Assembly: GCA_964401385.1 (NCBI GenBank)
Contig: CAYNYF010000064.1
Location: forward strand, 1-24,713
Direction: 5' to 3'
Source of the DNA: an uncultured Planctomycetaceae bacterium
Lineage (GTDB): Bacteria > Planctomycetota > Phycisphaerae > SM23-33
Length of the DNA stretch: 24,713 nucleotides
Part shown: piece after piece, positions 15,656-24,670 of the stretch
Layout of the letters: each line of letters begins with the position of its first letter
How positions within the stretch are numbered: the first letter of the stretch is position 1
The notes under the pieces: model-generated
The model's input: the letters and a program-made list of their open reading frames with translations, nothing else
Databases searched by the model: none
What the model was told of the DNA's origin: nothing
Position numbers and translations under genes: made by a program

Positions 15656-16500
15656 ATCAGCCCGCCTGCCCCCAGCTCGCCGAGGTAGCGGGTGACGGTG
15701 GCGGCGACCGCCTCTCTGCCGGCCTTCAGCGCCGCCGACCAGCCGCACCGCCCGCCGGCATCGGTAACGGCCGCGCACAGGGCGTCGCTGAAGTCCTTGT
15801 GGAGCTGCGTGGCGATGTTGAGCTTCCGCACGCCCAGTTCGGCCGATCTGCGAATGTCGGCCGCGGGCAGGCCCGTGCCCCCGTGAAGGGCCAGCGGCAC
15901 GCCCGCGCGCGAGGCGATCGCCTCGATCAGGTTGAACCGCAGCCGCGGCGGCTTCTTGTAGAACCCGTGCGCGTTCCCCACGGCCGGGGCGAGGATGTCC
16001 ACGTGCGTCTCCCGGACAAAGCGGGCGGCCTCGTCGGGGTCGGCCAGCTCCGCCGGCTCGCCGCCGGCCGACTGCTCCTGGCTGAAGCTGCCCAGCTCGC
16101 CCTCGATGGTCGCCCCGTGGGCGTGCGCGAGGGCGGCCATCTCGCGGGTTCTGCGGACGTTCTCGTCGAACTCGCACGCCGAGGCGTCGAACATCACGCT
16201 CTTGAAGCCGAGCTTGAGGGCGGTCTCGATCTCCCGTTCCTCCCGGCCGTGGTCGAGGTGGAGAATCACCGGCACCGACGACCGCGCCGCGAAGGACCGC
16301 GCCAGGTCCGCGCAGGCCTCCAGCCCGATGTAGCCGGCCCCCGGCGCCCACACCAGCAGCAGCGCCGGCGCCCGCGCCGCCTCACAGGCCGTCAGCACCC
16401 CCAGCAGGAAGTCGCTCTGCCCGCCGCCGATGTCGAAGCCGGGAAGGCAGAGCTTCCTCGCGTTCAGAAGGGGCATCACCTCGTTGAGGCTCACCAGCAT
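15652..16500 (-). CDS. class II ketose-bisphosphate aldolase (fructose/tagatose-1,6-bisphosphate aldolase, GatY/KbaY-like), 282 aa
   Basis: 'PVILHLDHG' and 'LALHGGTG' Zn-ligand motifs of class II aldolases. The length matches the GatY/KbaY subfamily. It forms an operon with the PfkB kinase. Confidence 0.85.
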   Translation of the reverse strand: MLVSLNEVMPLLNARKLCLPGFDIGGGQSDFLLGVLTACEAARAPALLLVWAPGAGYIGLEACADLARSFAARSSVPVILHLDHGREEREIETALKLGFKSVMFDASACEFDENVRRTREMAALAHAHGATIEGELGSFSQEQSAGGEPAELADPDEAARFVRETHVDILAPAVGNAHGFYKKPPRLRFNLIEAIASRAGVPLALHGGTGLPAADIRRSAELGVRKLNIATQLHKDFSDALCAAVTDAGGRCGWSAALKAGREAVAATVTRYLGELGAGGLI

Positions 16501-16881
16501 GCCTTCTCCTTATCCGGTCGGGCCTGGCTCCCGCGCCCTGGTGAAATGCCGGCCGCCGGGCGGTCCCGCCCGGGCCGGGCGATCTGGAGTATAAGCGGAC
16601 GCCGCCCCGCAGCACATGCTTTTCCGCGGCCGCGGGGCCTCTCTGACCTCCCGCCCGCGACCGCCGGCGTCTCCCGGATTCTACCCCCGCAACGCTTCGC
16701 CACAAGTTTGGATTCACCCATGACCTGCGCCGGTGGCGAGTGAGCTACGTGCGCCTGGGACACCCCATACGGAGCTTCCACGTGATTATCTGGCCATCAG
16801 ATGACGAACTTCGTTTCTTCGCCTGGTGGAAGGATGTAGCCGATGAGGCGAAGAAGAGAAAATGTGCTGAGAACTGAGCCC

Positions 16882-17331
16882 CTAGCGCAGCTTGAGCCGT
16901 CGCACGAGCTGAATCCCGTTCTTGTCGAGCACCCTTCGCTGTGGTGAGTTCGGCAGTATGTTTATTCCTCCGGCACTCACCCACACAAACCTGCCTCGCT
17001 GTACTTCGTTCAGAGGTTGGCCCGTCATCCAGCTCTCGAGCCACCCCTTCTTCCTGAGCACGAGCTGGATCTCGCTGACCTTCGCCCTGTGGAATTCAAC
17101 GAAAAACGCTTTGTCATTCTTGTTGCTTATGCGATAGCCGATTGCATAGTCCCATCGGTTGGCGTTCGGGTAGGTCGCTCGCAAGGCAGCGTCTATGTTG
17201 ACGCTGCCTGCGATTCGGCGCGGGTCACGTGCATTGATGCTGGACCTATGGGCCTTGCTCAGCGAGCGGAGCCCTACACGAAAATGTGTGGCAATCTCGA
17301 GTGTGCCTTGGACAGCGGTCTTGAACTTCAT
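16882..17331 (-). CDS. hypothetical 150-aa protein, second gene of the ATPase operon (candidate effector/partner)
   Basis: Trimmed to ATG 17331, preceded by 'GAGGGACACGA' (GAGGG SD). That ATG overlaps the ATPase stop (ATGA). No cysteines and no recognisable catalytic motif. Lower GC (about 54%). Confidence 0.55.
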   Translation of the reverse strand: MKFKTAVQGTLEIATHFRVGLRSLSKAHRSSINARDPRRIAGSVNIDAALRATYPNANRWDYAIGYRISNKNDKAFFVEFHRAKVSEIQLVLRKKGWLESWMTGQPLNEVQRGRFVWVSAGGINILPNSPQRRVLDKNGIQLVRRLKLR

Positions 17332-18524
17332 TCGTGTCCCTCGGGACTGCCAGCTGCGATCTCGCCAATCACCTGGCCCACTCGACCGCTGAACTCCGTC
17401 AAGCCACCCCATCCTGCCTCTGCGGGATTGTCTGCCCCCGGATCAAGCCCGGATATGTCCCGGGCCACATGGCCTCTAGAGCCCCGTAAGCGTTCAAAGT
17501 AATAGACGCGTTTTTCCTTCCGGATAGCCGCTCGGGCGATTTTCCTCATCTCAGGGCTGTGTCTGCTAAGACCGAACATGTCAATGACCTTGTCGGGCAG
17601 AGCGCCGTAGCCCTGAATGGTTCGCAGCCCCCAGACGACATCAAGGACGTGGGGAGAGTGCGTGGACAATACAACGCGGTATCCTCGCCACAGCAACTCG
17701 AGGATGACAAGCATTACGGCCGAAATTGCTGCGGGGTGGAGGCCCATCTCAGGTTCCTCAACGATCACCCATTCGGTATCACCTCGCCGAGCGGTCTTCG
17801 CCGAAGGACAGAGCCAGTAGAGACCAAGCAGCAGCGGAACGAACTCGCGCTGCCCCGCCGACCACACCATGAAAGGAAGCTTGTCGCCTTCGCCCTGCAA
17901 AACAAGACGCCGCTGAACGCCTCCCATCCGGTCAAGCTTCAAGGAGAATCCGTGGAAGACAGCGGCATCGAGGGCCTTGCGAAGCTCGGCCTTGAGCCTG
18001 CCTGCCTGCGGAAACACGCTTGCGGTCTTGCCTCCTCCTAGGCCGGCCTGCATTTGCATACGGAGCTTCTCACTGAAGCTTGGTACAACATATGGGTCTC
18101 CTGCGGCGAAATCGGTAAACGGCCTCGGCCACCCCATGCTCAGCGACAACACCCGCTGGGCGGGAATGTACAACATCTTCTCCATGCGCTTGTGACGTTT
18201 GGCTTTCGCGAAGTTCTTCAACCTAGTGGGAAGATCAACATGCTCTTCTTCCCAGACAAGGACGCTGGCGCCGCTTCCTGATTCCGTCCACACGCCCCGC
18301 ATGCCCTCGCCCAAGTACAGGTTTAGGAAGAGGTTCAAATTGCCCTCCCACTCATACCCGTACCTCTTCAGATCGTCGGTGATCTTTGGGCCGTCAACCA
18401 TCAGTTTCAGGAACTGAAGGAAGATGCTCTTCCCACTGGCCTGGGGGCCGACAAGCACGGTCAGGTCGCCGAACTCAACATTGGCGTCCTTGAGCGGTCC
18501 AACGTTCTGCAAGGCGAGCTTCAT
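17328..18524 (-). CDS. ABC/SMC-like AAA ATPase (AAA_21/AAA_15-type, OLD/AbiEii-like ATPase head without nuclease domain), 398 aa
   Basis: N-terminal 'LTVLVGPQASGKSIFLQFL' is a Walker A at residues about 22-34. Walker B/D-loop 'WVIVEEPEMGLHP'. H-loop 'VLSTHSP'. A roughly 200-aa insertion separates Walker A and B, as in SMC-like/AAA_21 ATPases. SD 'CGGAG' 9 nt before ATG 18524. Confidence 0.8.
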   Translation of the reverse strand: MKLALQNVGPLKDANVEFGDLTVLVGPQASGKSIFLQFLKLMVDGPKITDDLKRYGYEWEGNLNLFLNLYLGEGMRGVWTESGSGASVLVWEEEHVDLPTRLKNFAKAKRHKRMEKMLYIPAQRVLSLSMGWPRPFTDFAAGDPYVVPSFSEKLRMQMQAGLGGGKTASVFPQAGRLKAELRKALDAAVFHGFSLKLDRMGGVQRRLVLQGEGDKLPFMVWSAGQREFVPLLLGLYWLCPSAKTARRGDTEWVIVEEPEMGLHPAAISAVMLVILELLWRGYRVVLSTHSPHVLDVVWGLRTIQGYGALPDKVIDMFGLSRHSPEMRKIARAAIRKEKRVYYFERLRGSRGHVARDISGLDPGADNPAEAGWGGLTEFSGRVGQVIGEIAAGSPEGHE

Positions 18525-18576
18525 GGTCTGTACTCCGATGTGCTCCCTGACACTGTGGGCCGTCGCGCCCGAGTCT

Positions 18577-18605
18577 GCTAAGCCTAATACTACCCGAGAG
18601 GAGCT
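18577..18605 (-). promoter_or_regulatory. possible sigma70-like promoter of the ATPase operon (-35 TTGCCT, 17-nt spacer, -10 TAGTAT)
   Basis: Minus-strand reading 'TTGCCTcaatagctcctctcgggTAGTAT', about 50 nt upstream of ATG 18524. Confidence 0.3.
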
Positions 18606-18744
18606 ATTGAGGCAACCAACGGCAAGAACACACGGTGCGCGAATTCACCACGATGCCTTCTCCTATTGCGGCGGCAGCGCGCCGTTCGAAGATGCCGTCA
18701 ATACCGCCCGGAGCAAAGGTGTCGATAGCAGCCACCATATCCCT

Positions 18745-18776
18745 CCCCGGCAACGGTCCGTATGTCGTTGCCGGGG
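18745..18776. other. perfect 11-bp stem / 10-nt loop hairpin (CCCCGGCAACG-gtccgtatgt-CGTTGCCGGGG) immediately 3' of thi4
   Basis: Read directly from the sequence. There is no U-tract on either strand, so it is not a canonical intrinsic terminator. Confidence 0.4.
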
Positions 18777-18781
18777 CCAGA

Positions 18782-19555
18782 TTACTGCCCGGCCTTGGTC
18801 AGTTCGTCGGCGATGAGTTCGGCGGCGCGGCGGCCGGAGAGGAGCATGCCGCCGAAGATCGGTCCCATTCTCGGCCCGCCCAGGACGGTGCAGACGCTCA
18901 TGCCGCAGACCCACAGGCCGGGGTAGACCTGGCAGACGTTCTCGACGACGAAGGCCTCGCCGGCGGCGGCGTCCATGGGCCCCTCGCCGCCACCTTTGGC
19001 CTGCACGATTCCCCGCTTCCGGAGGGCGTCGAACACGGCCGCGTCGTGCCCGGTGGCGTCGACGACGGCCCCGGCCGAAAACGTGATGGGGTCGATCGGC
19101 AGGGCTTCCCCGATCATGCTGCGGTTGACCACCGCGCCGGCGACCCTGCCCTGACGCACGCAGACGTCCTCCACCGTCAGCAGGTTCAGCAGCACCGCGC
19201 CGGCCTGCAAAGCCTTCCAGCACAGCCCGGCGGCCAGCTCGACGCTGTCGGCCGTGTGCAGCCCGCCGCCGCAGGGACGGTGCCTCACGCCGACCTCGTC
19301 CAGCAGGGGCAGGGCGCCCTCCTGGAAGACGGCCTCGCTCATGGCCATGCCGCCGCCCCAGATTCCCCCGCCGGGGGAGAGGCGCTTTTCCAGCACGGTC
19401 ACCTTCACGCCCTTTTGGGCGAGGTCGAACGCGGCCGTCAGCCCCGAGGGGCCGGCCCCGCAGATGAGCACGTCGCTGACGATCCTGTCGGCGAGCTTCT
19501 CGTGATAGGTGCTGATGATCGCCTTGGAGATTTCTGTTTCCTGCAAGCCGGGCAT
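18782..19555 (-). CDS. thi4: thiazole synthase Thi4 family (thiamine thiazole moiety biosynthesis; FAD/NAD-binding)
   Basis: 'DVLICGAGPSGLTAAFDLAQKGVKVTVLEKRLSPGGGIWGGG' is a Rossmann GxGxxG followed by the Thi4-characteristic 'SPGGG(A/I)W' segment. Trimmed to ATG 19555 with 'GGAGTGAGGATAGAA' SD. Confidence 0.85.
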   Translation of the reverse strand: MPGLQETEISKAIISTYHEKLADRIVSDVLICGAGPSGLTAAFDLAQKGVKVTVLEKRLSPGGGIWGGGMAMSEAVFQEGALPLLDEVGVRHRPCGGGLHTADSVELAAGLCWKALQAGAVLLNLLTVEDVCVRQGRVAGAVVNRSMIGEALPIDPITFSAGAVVDATGHDAAVFDALRKRGIVQAKGGGEGPMDAAAGEAFVVENVCQVYPGLWVCGMSVCTVLGGPRMGPIFGGMLLSGRRAAELIADELTKAGQ

Positions 19556-19686
19556 TTCTATCCTCACTCCTGCGGCGTCCCTGCCTGATCGCGCCGCCCA
19601 TCGGCGCAGAGCAAAGATACTACTATCTTGGCGGCAATGCTCAAGTGTCTGCTTGCCTGACCTATCCGGAGTTTGCCGAACCGGGC

Positions 19687-20232
19687 TGGGAGCTGGCAAC
19701 TGCGCGGGTGGCGAGAGCCATGGAATGAGACATCGCCGAGACAATTCCGGTGCGTGCGAGCACGCACCCTACGCCCCGCCCCAGCCCCATCGGGGCGTCT
19801 TGACCGGATGGGCAGGCAAGGCGCCCCTACGGGGCTCCGGCCGGGCTAACCCGGCCACCTCCCAGGGCTCGCGCCCTGGGCTAAGAAAGGCGCCCCTGCC
19901 GGGGCTGCCCGTGGAACCGGCCACACGTCAGTCTGCTTGCGGGTTGCACCGGGCGGGGCGGGAGCCGGCAACTGCGCGGGTGGCGAGAGCCATGGAATGA
20001 GACATCGCCGAGACAATTCCGGTGCGTGCGAGCACGCACCCTACGCCCGGCCCCAGCCCCATCGGGGCGTCTTGACCGGATGGGCAGCCAAGGCGCCCCT
20101 ACGGGGCTCCAGGGCGGCGAAGCCCTCCACCTCCCCGGGCTGGCGCCCTGGGCTAAGAAAGGCGCCCCTGCGGGAGCTACCCATGGAACTGGCCACACGT
20201 CAGTCTGCTTGCGGCTTGCACCGGGCGGGCCC
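19687..20232. repeat. tandem direct duplication, period ~273 bp, 2.0 copies (plus a short partial third start at about 19644), extremely GC-hairpin-rich
   Basis: Unit 1 'gggagctggcaactgcgcgggtggcgagagccatggaatgagacatcgccgagacaattccggtgcgtgcgagcacgcaccctacgcc...' recurs from 19961. Each unit contains the 8-bp-stem hairpin 'GGTGCGTG-cgag-CACGCACC' and several GCCCC/GGGGC stems. No ORF is conserved between units. Confidence 0.8.
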
Positions 20233-20345
20233 GGCGGGCATGATACCCCGGCCGGGACTTTTCGACGAGCGACGAGTCGACGAGCGACGTGGGAGGCAGG
20301 CATTCCCGCAACGTAGCCGCGGCGCGAATGCAGCACGGGCAGACC

Positions 20346-21485
20346 ATGAACGGAAAGCAGCGCGTCAGAGCGGCCATCGCCCGCGAGGCGCCGGACAAGG
20401 TGCCGCTGGGCTTCTACGCGGTCGACCACGACACCATCGAGCGCGTCCTCGGGCGGAAGACCTACGTCCGCAACAAGGTCGAGACCGAAATCGCCCTGTG
20501 GCAGGGGCGGCGCGACGAGCTGGCCGAGAGCCTCAAGAAGGACACCGTCGAGTTCTACCGCAAGATCGACTGCGCGGACGTCATCCTTCCCAAGGAGGCG
20601 CACGTCCTGCCGCCGGCCGACTACGAGCCCATCGGCGCCAAGCGGCTCGATACGGACAAGTGGCAGACCGGCGACGGCCGGGTCTTCCAGGCCGTCCCGG
20701 AGGTCAACGAGATCCGCTGCATGCACGATCCCGCGGCCGGGGGGCGCCAGTTCACCGTGGCCGACTTCGCCGACGAGTCGGCCCCGCCGCCGCCGGACGC
20801 GAGCTGCTACGAGGTCGTGGACTACCTGCTGGGAGAGCTGGGCGACGAGCGGTACATCCCCAGCCTCATCCCGACGGTGGGGCTGGTGCTGCTGGGCGGC
20901 ATGGAGAACGGGCTGATGCTGTACGCCCTGGCCCCGGAGGTGGTGCGCGCGGCCGCGAGGCAGCAGGTGAAGCGCCAGAACGCCCTGGACGAGCACAACA
21001 TCCGCCCCGGCTCGGCGGGCGTGATGTTCGACAACGACATGGCCGGGACCCGCGGCCCGCTGATCTCGCCGGCGATGTTCCGCGAAATGGCCTTTCCCTA
21101 TTTCAAGGAACGCGCCCGCCACGCCAAGGGCTTCCACGAGCAGCTCATCCTGCACAACTGCGGCAACAACATCCCGCTGATGGAGATGTTCATCGAGGCC
21201 GGCGTGGACTGCTATCAGTCCCTCCAGACCACGGCCGGCATGGAGGTCGGGCTTCTCAAGGAGATGTTCGGCCAGCGGATGTGCTTCTGGGGCGGCGTGG
21301 GGCTGGAGGTGCTGATTGCGGGCACGCCCGCCGACGTCCGCCGGGCGGTCCGCACGGCCATGGAGCGCGGCGCCGGCGGCGGGGGGTTCATCCTCGGGCC
21401 CAGCCACTCCATCGCCATGAACACCAAGTACGAGAACTTCATGGCCATGCTGGATGAGTTCGTTAAGCTGCGGGAGAAGTTCTGA
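20346..21485 (+). CDS. uroporphyrinogen decarboxylase (URO-D) family protein (MtaA/CmuA-like methyltransferase/decarboxylase fold)
   Basis: N-terminal 'MNGKQRVRAAIAREAPDKVPLGFYAVDHD' is the typical URO-D-family N-terminus (PDRVPV-like). 380 aa, TIM-barrel-like composition. The start was chosen at 20346 (alternatives 20289/20328); no clear SD. Confidence 0.75.
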   Translation: MNGKQRVRAAIAREAPDKVPLGFYAVDHDTIERVLGRKTYVRNKVETEIALWQGRRDELAESLKKDTVEFYRKIDCADVILPKEAHVLPPADYEPIGAKRLDTDKWQTGDGRVFQAVPEVNEIRCMHDPAAGGRQFTVADFADESAPPPPDASCYEVVDYLLGELGDERYIPSLIPTVGLVLLGGMENGLMLYALAPEVVRAAARQQVKRQNALDEHNIRPGSAGVMFDNDMAGTRGPLISPAMFREMAFPYFKERARHAKGFHEQLILHNCGNNIPLMEMFIEAGVDCYQSLQTTAGMEVGLLKEMFGQRMCFWGGVGLEVLIAGTPADVRRAVRTAMERGAGGGGFILGPSHSIAMNTKYENFMAMLDEFVKLREKF

Positions 21486-21597
21486 CAGGGAAGCGGCCCC
21501 CGTGCGGAAGCGGTGAGCGGCGAATATGGCGATGCGACGCTGGCGAGACAATTGGCTGGCGCGTCTGACGGCCGCGGCGAGCTTGCGGAAAGGAGTA

Positions 21598-24549
21598 ATG
21601 TCGATGCGTATACGCGTTTGCAGGGGCGTTCCGGGCGTTTTGGCGTGCATCCTGGCGGTCGGGTGTCTCGTCGGCTGCGCGGCCCCGGCCGCGGTCGCCG
21701 AGCCGAGCTGGCCGCCGAGGGGCCGGCCCCTCAGGATCAAGATCGCGCGCGACACGTGGGTCTCGTCGGCCGGCAGCGAGCGCGAAGGCAACAACGGCGG
21801 CGCGGCCAAGCTGAAGCTCAAGGGCCGGATGGAGTACACCCTCTTCGACGCCGACCTGTCGGTGCTGAAGGGCAAGATCGTCACCGCCGCCCTGTGGCAC
21901 TTCCACACCGCCAGCCCCGCCGACCCGCTGCGGCGCGTGACCGTCTCCACGGTGGCCGCGCCCTGGGTCGAAGGCACCGCCAGCAGGTACGCCCGCCAGG
22001 AAGGCGCCGCCTGCTTCGCCCAGGCCGAGCTGGGCAAGCGCGACTGGGCCTACCCCGGCAGCACCTTCATGGACGCCGCCTACGGGCGGGGGCGGACGAT
22101 CTGGCGCTTTGCCGAGTCGACCGCACCCGACGCCGACGGCTGGCAGAGCTGCGCGGTCGACGCGGACGTGGTGGCCGCGCGGGCCGCCGGCCTGAGCCAC
22201 GGCTTCGCCGCCCAGGACGACGTCGGCAGCGAGTGGTCGTACAAGGACGGCCAGTTCAAGTACATGCTCATGCCCAACCGCTTCATCCACAGCCGCGAGC
22301 AGCCCCAGTTTGCGCCGTACCTTCAGGTGTGGACGGCGGGGACCGACCAGGTGCCGCCGGCGATGGTGACGGCCGTCCGCGTCGAGACGGGCGATCTGCC
22401 GGCCGGCGAGGCCCTGGTCACCTGGCGGACGCCGGCGGACCGCGGCGGCGGAAAGACCCTCGGCTTCCACGTCAGTTACGAGGCTGGCGGCAAGCGCGGG
22501 CAGGTGCCGCGGTACCTCATCCCCATGGCCGGTGAGCCCGGGCGGGAGGTCCGCATGCACCTCCAGGACCTTCCGTTCGAGCCGGGCGAGTCGGTGAAGC
22601 TTTCCATCGCGCCCGTCGACAGCGCCGGCAACGTGGGCAAGAGCCTCGCCGTCACGTTCCGGGTATCGGCCAAGCCGCCCGTCTTCAAGATCGCCCCGGC
22701 CGAGCTGAAGCCGTTCCCGCCCTCGGAGAAGCTGCCCGAGGTCGGCGGGCTGAAAGTGGCGGTGGTGGACTTGGTGGACAAGATCCACGCGGAGACCGGA
22801 AAGATGGTTCCCGCCCACCCGGCCGGCTACAAGGGCGGCAATCACATCTGGTCGGCCGCCAGGAAGCTCATCCGGCTCCAGTCGGCGCGGAACGAGGCGG
22901 TGTGCTTTCAGGTGAACCTGGCGGGCAAGTCGGCCGCGGCCGACGTCAAGCTGGCCTTCGACGCCGCGGCGGGCGTGAAGACGCGCGTGTACAGGCTGGA
23001 CTGCGTCAAGACGCGGGCGGGAATCATGCCCGACGTCTGCGTGCCGCTGACGGGCACCTTCGCCGTGCCCTTCCAGGACGACCCCGAGGCGGCCGGGGCG
23101 ACCAACGTCTCCCTGCTGTGCGAAGTTTACGTCCCGCACGCGGCGGCCGCCGGCAGGAAGGCCGGAAGGCTCACCGTCGCCTCGGGCGGTGAGTCCGTGG
23201 AAATCAGCGTGGAGCTGACGGTCTGGGATTTCACGCTGCCGAACAAGCTTTCGTTCATCCCGGAGATGAACTGCTACGGCACGGCCGGGCCGACCAAGGC
23301 CGGAATGGAGTACTACCGGGCGGCCCACGAGCACCGGCTGTGCCTCAACCGCCTGTACTACCACTGGCGCGGCGACGTGGACTACCCGCCCAAGTGGACC
23401 GGCCAGAGCCTGGACCTTTCCGAGTGGGACAAGCTCTTCGCCCCGCTGCTGGACGGATCGGCCTTCGCCGACCTGCCCCGCAAAGGCGAGCCGGTGGACG
23501 TGTTCTACCTGCCCTTCAACGAGCACTGGCCCATGGACGTCTACGCCAACTACCGCCCCAGCTACTGGGCCGACGAAGCCTTCACCGACGCTTACGTCAA
23601 AGGGCTCCAGAAGGCCTTCGCCGACATGGCCGCCCACTGCGACAAGCGCGGCTGGCACGACACCATCTTCGAGTTCTTCCTCAACGGGAAGGTCTACAAC
23701 AAGCGCGGCGGCTGGAAGCGGGCGTCCAGCCCGTGGGTGTTCGATGAGCCCAGCACCACGCAGGACTTCTGGGCGCTGCGGTGGTACGGCCTCCTGTTCC
23801 ACCAGGCGGTCGCGCCGGTTCAGGGCAAGGCCAGGATGTGGTACCGCTGCGACGTCTCCCGCACGCAGTTCGGGCGGAACCTGCTGTGGGGCGTGATGGA
23901 CATGGAGGTGCTCGGCGGGGCCAACGCCCAGAAGATGCGGATGAAGCGCGACGAGCAGGTGCTCTCCGGGCGGAGCTATTTCAGCCCGTACGGCTCGGCC
24001 AACGACCCGGCCGGGGCCAACACCCAGGCGGTGGTCTGGTGCCTGAAGACGTGGTCGGAAGGGGCCGTCGGCTTGGTCCCCTGGCAGACCATCGGCAACG
24101 CCGGCAACATGTCCAGCGGGTCACGGACCGGCCTGTTCATTCCGCACGCCGGCGGGGTCGCACCGTCGGTGCGGGTGAAGGCCTTCCGCCGCGGGCAGCA
24201 GGACGTGGAATACCTGACGCTGCTGGGCGACGTGTACGAGCAGCCTCCCTACGCCGTCGCGGCCGGCGCGAGGCACATGGTCAACCTGGCCGGCAAGATC
24301 CTCAAGACCTTCGAGGCCGACGCCGGGACGATCCGCTTCGACGCGGCGGACCCCGGCGCGCTGTGGCTGCTGCGGGCCAGCGCCGCCGCGATGGTCTCGG
24401 CCAAGCGGCCGGCATATAAGCGCTGCGTCCGCCCGATCCCATTGCCGCCGAAGGACTTACGCCGCCTGCCGGACATCGGCTACGTCCGCGCCGCGCCCAA
24501 GCTGCCGCCGAGCAAGCCCGAATACGCACCGCCGGCGCCGGCGGATTGA
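21598..24549 (+). CDS. large secreted (lipo)protein, 984 aa, with FN3-like middle region and a C-terminal domain of glycoside-hydrolase-like / DUF character
   Basis: Excellent SD 'GGAAAGGAGTA' before ATG 21598. Signal/lipobox 'VLACILAVGCLVGC'. 'VTAVRVETGDLPAGEALVTWRTP' is FN3-like. The C-terminal 550 aa is rich in W/Y/F ('WDFTLPNKLSFIPEMNCYG', 'YYHWRGDVDYPPKW'). The domain assignment is tentative. Confidence 0.75.
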   Translation: MSMRIRVCRGVPGVLACILAVGCLVGCAAPAAVAEPSWPPRGRPLRIKIARDTWVSSAGSEREGNNGGAAKLKLKGRMEYTLFDADLSVLKGKIVTAALWHFHTASPADPLRRVTVSTVAAPWVEGTASRYARQEGAACFAQAELGKRDWAYPGSTFMDAAYGRGRTIWRFAESTAPDADGWQSCAVDADVVAARAAGLSHGFAAQDDVGSEWSYKDGQFKYMLMPNRFIHSREQPQFAPYLQVWTAGTDQVPPAMVTAVRVETGDLPAGEALVTWRTPADRGGGKTLGFHVSYEAGGKRGQVPRYLIPMAGEPGREVRMHLQDLPFEPGESVKLSIAPVDSAGNVGKSLAVTFRVSAKPPVFKIAPAELKPFPPSEKLPEVGGLKVAVVDLVDKIHAETGKMVPAHPAGYKGGNHIWSAARKLIRLQSARNEAVCFQVNLAGKSAAADVKLAFDAAAGVKTRVYRLDCVKTRAGIMPDVCVPLTGTFAVPFQDDPEAAGATNVSLLCEVYVPHAAAAGRKAGRLTVASGGESVEISVELTVWDFTLPNKLSFIPEMNCYGTAGPTKAGMEYYRAAHEHRLCLNRLYYHWRGDVDYPPKWTGQSLDLSEWDKLFAPLLDGSAFADLPRKGEPVDVFYLPFNEHWPMDVYANYRPSYWADEAFTDAYVKGLQKAFADMAAHCDKRGWHDTIFEFFLNGKVYNKRGGWKRASSPWVFDEPSTTQDFWALRWYGLLFHQAVAPVQGKARMWYRCDVSRTQFGRNLLWGVMDMEVLGGANAQKMRMKRDEQVLSGRSYFSPYGSANDPAGANTQAVVWCLKTWSEGAVGLVPWQTIGNAGNMSSGSRTGLFIPHAGGVAPSVRVKAFRRGQQDVEYLTLLGDVYEQPPYAVAAGARHMVNLAGKILKTFEADAGTIRFDAADPGALWLLRASAAAMVSAKRPAYKRCVRPIPLPPKDLRRLPDIGYVRAAPKLPPSKPEYAPPAPAD

Positions 24550-24670
24550 CAGACAAAGGGGTCAGCAGACAAAGGGGTCAGGTACCTTTTCTGGCTGAGA
24601 CAAAGGGGTCAGGTACCTTTTACGGCTGATTCTCAGCTGAGAAAGGGGTTACGGCGAGAAAGGGGTCAGG
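24550..24670. repeat. five iterations of a ~14-16-nt motif 'AGA(C)AAAGGGGT(C/T)A(G/C)G' within 120 bp, two of them extended as 'AAAGGGGTCAGGTACCTTTT' hairpins
   Basis: Motif copies start at 24550, 24566, 24597, 24637 and 24656. The array directly follows the stop of the large secreted-protein gene, and the window ends 43 bp later. Confidence 0.5.

Noticed and set aside
14726-16351. Upstream 232-codon extension of the PfkB ORF (541 aa in track), plus 14693..15688(+), 15057..15584(-), 15205..15591(+) and 15799..16743(+)
   Set aside because: The extension runs antisense through the aldolase gene. Trimming to ATG 15655 gives a canonical 309-aa PfkB protein with an ATGA overlap to the aldolase stop.
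19556-19700. Possible TPP riboswitch upstream of thi4
   Set aside because: The minus-strand leader lacks the conserved 'CUGAGA' and 'ACCUGAUCUGGAUAAUGCCAGCG' cores of the THI element. It only has generic GC-rich stems.
19687-20232. CRISPR array
   Set aside because: There are only two long (273-bp) near-identical units with no short repeat/spacer periodicity.
19881-23802. Very long minus-strand ORFs 19881..22037 (718 aa) and 21463..23802 (779 aa), and + ORFs 19937..21457 and 21513..22535
   Set aside because: They are antisense or out-of-frame to the URO-D and large secreted-protein genes. Both of those have recognisable motifs and, for the secreted protein, an excellent SD. The rejected frames have a low-complexity, R/G/A/P-rich composition.
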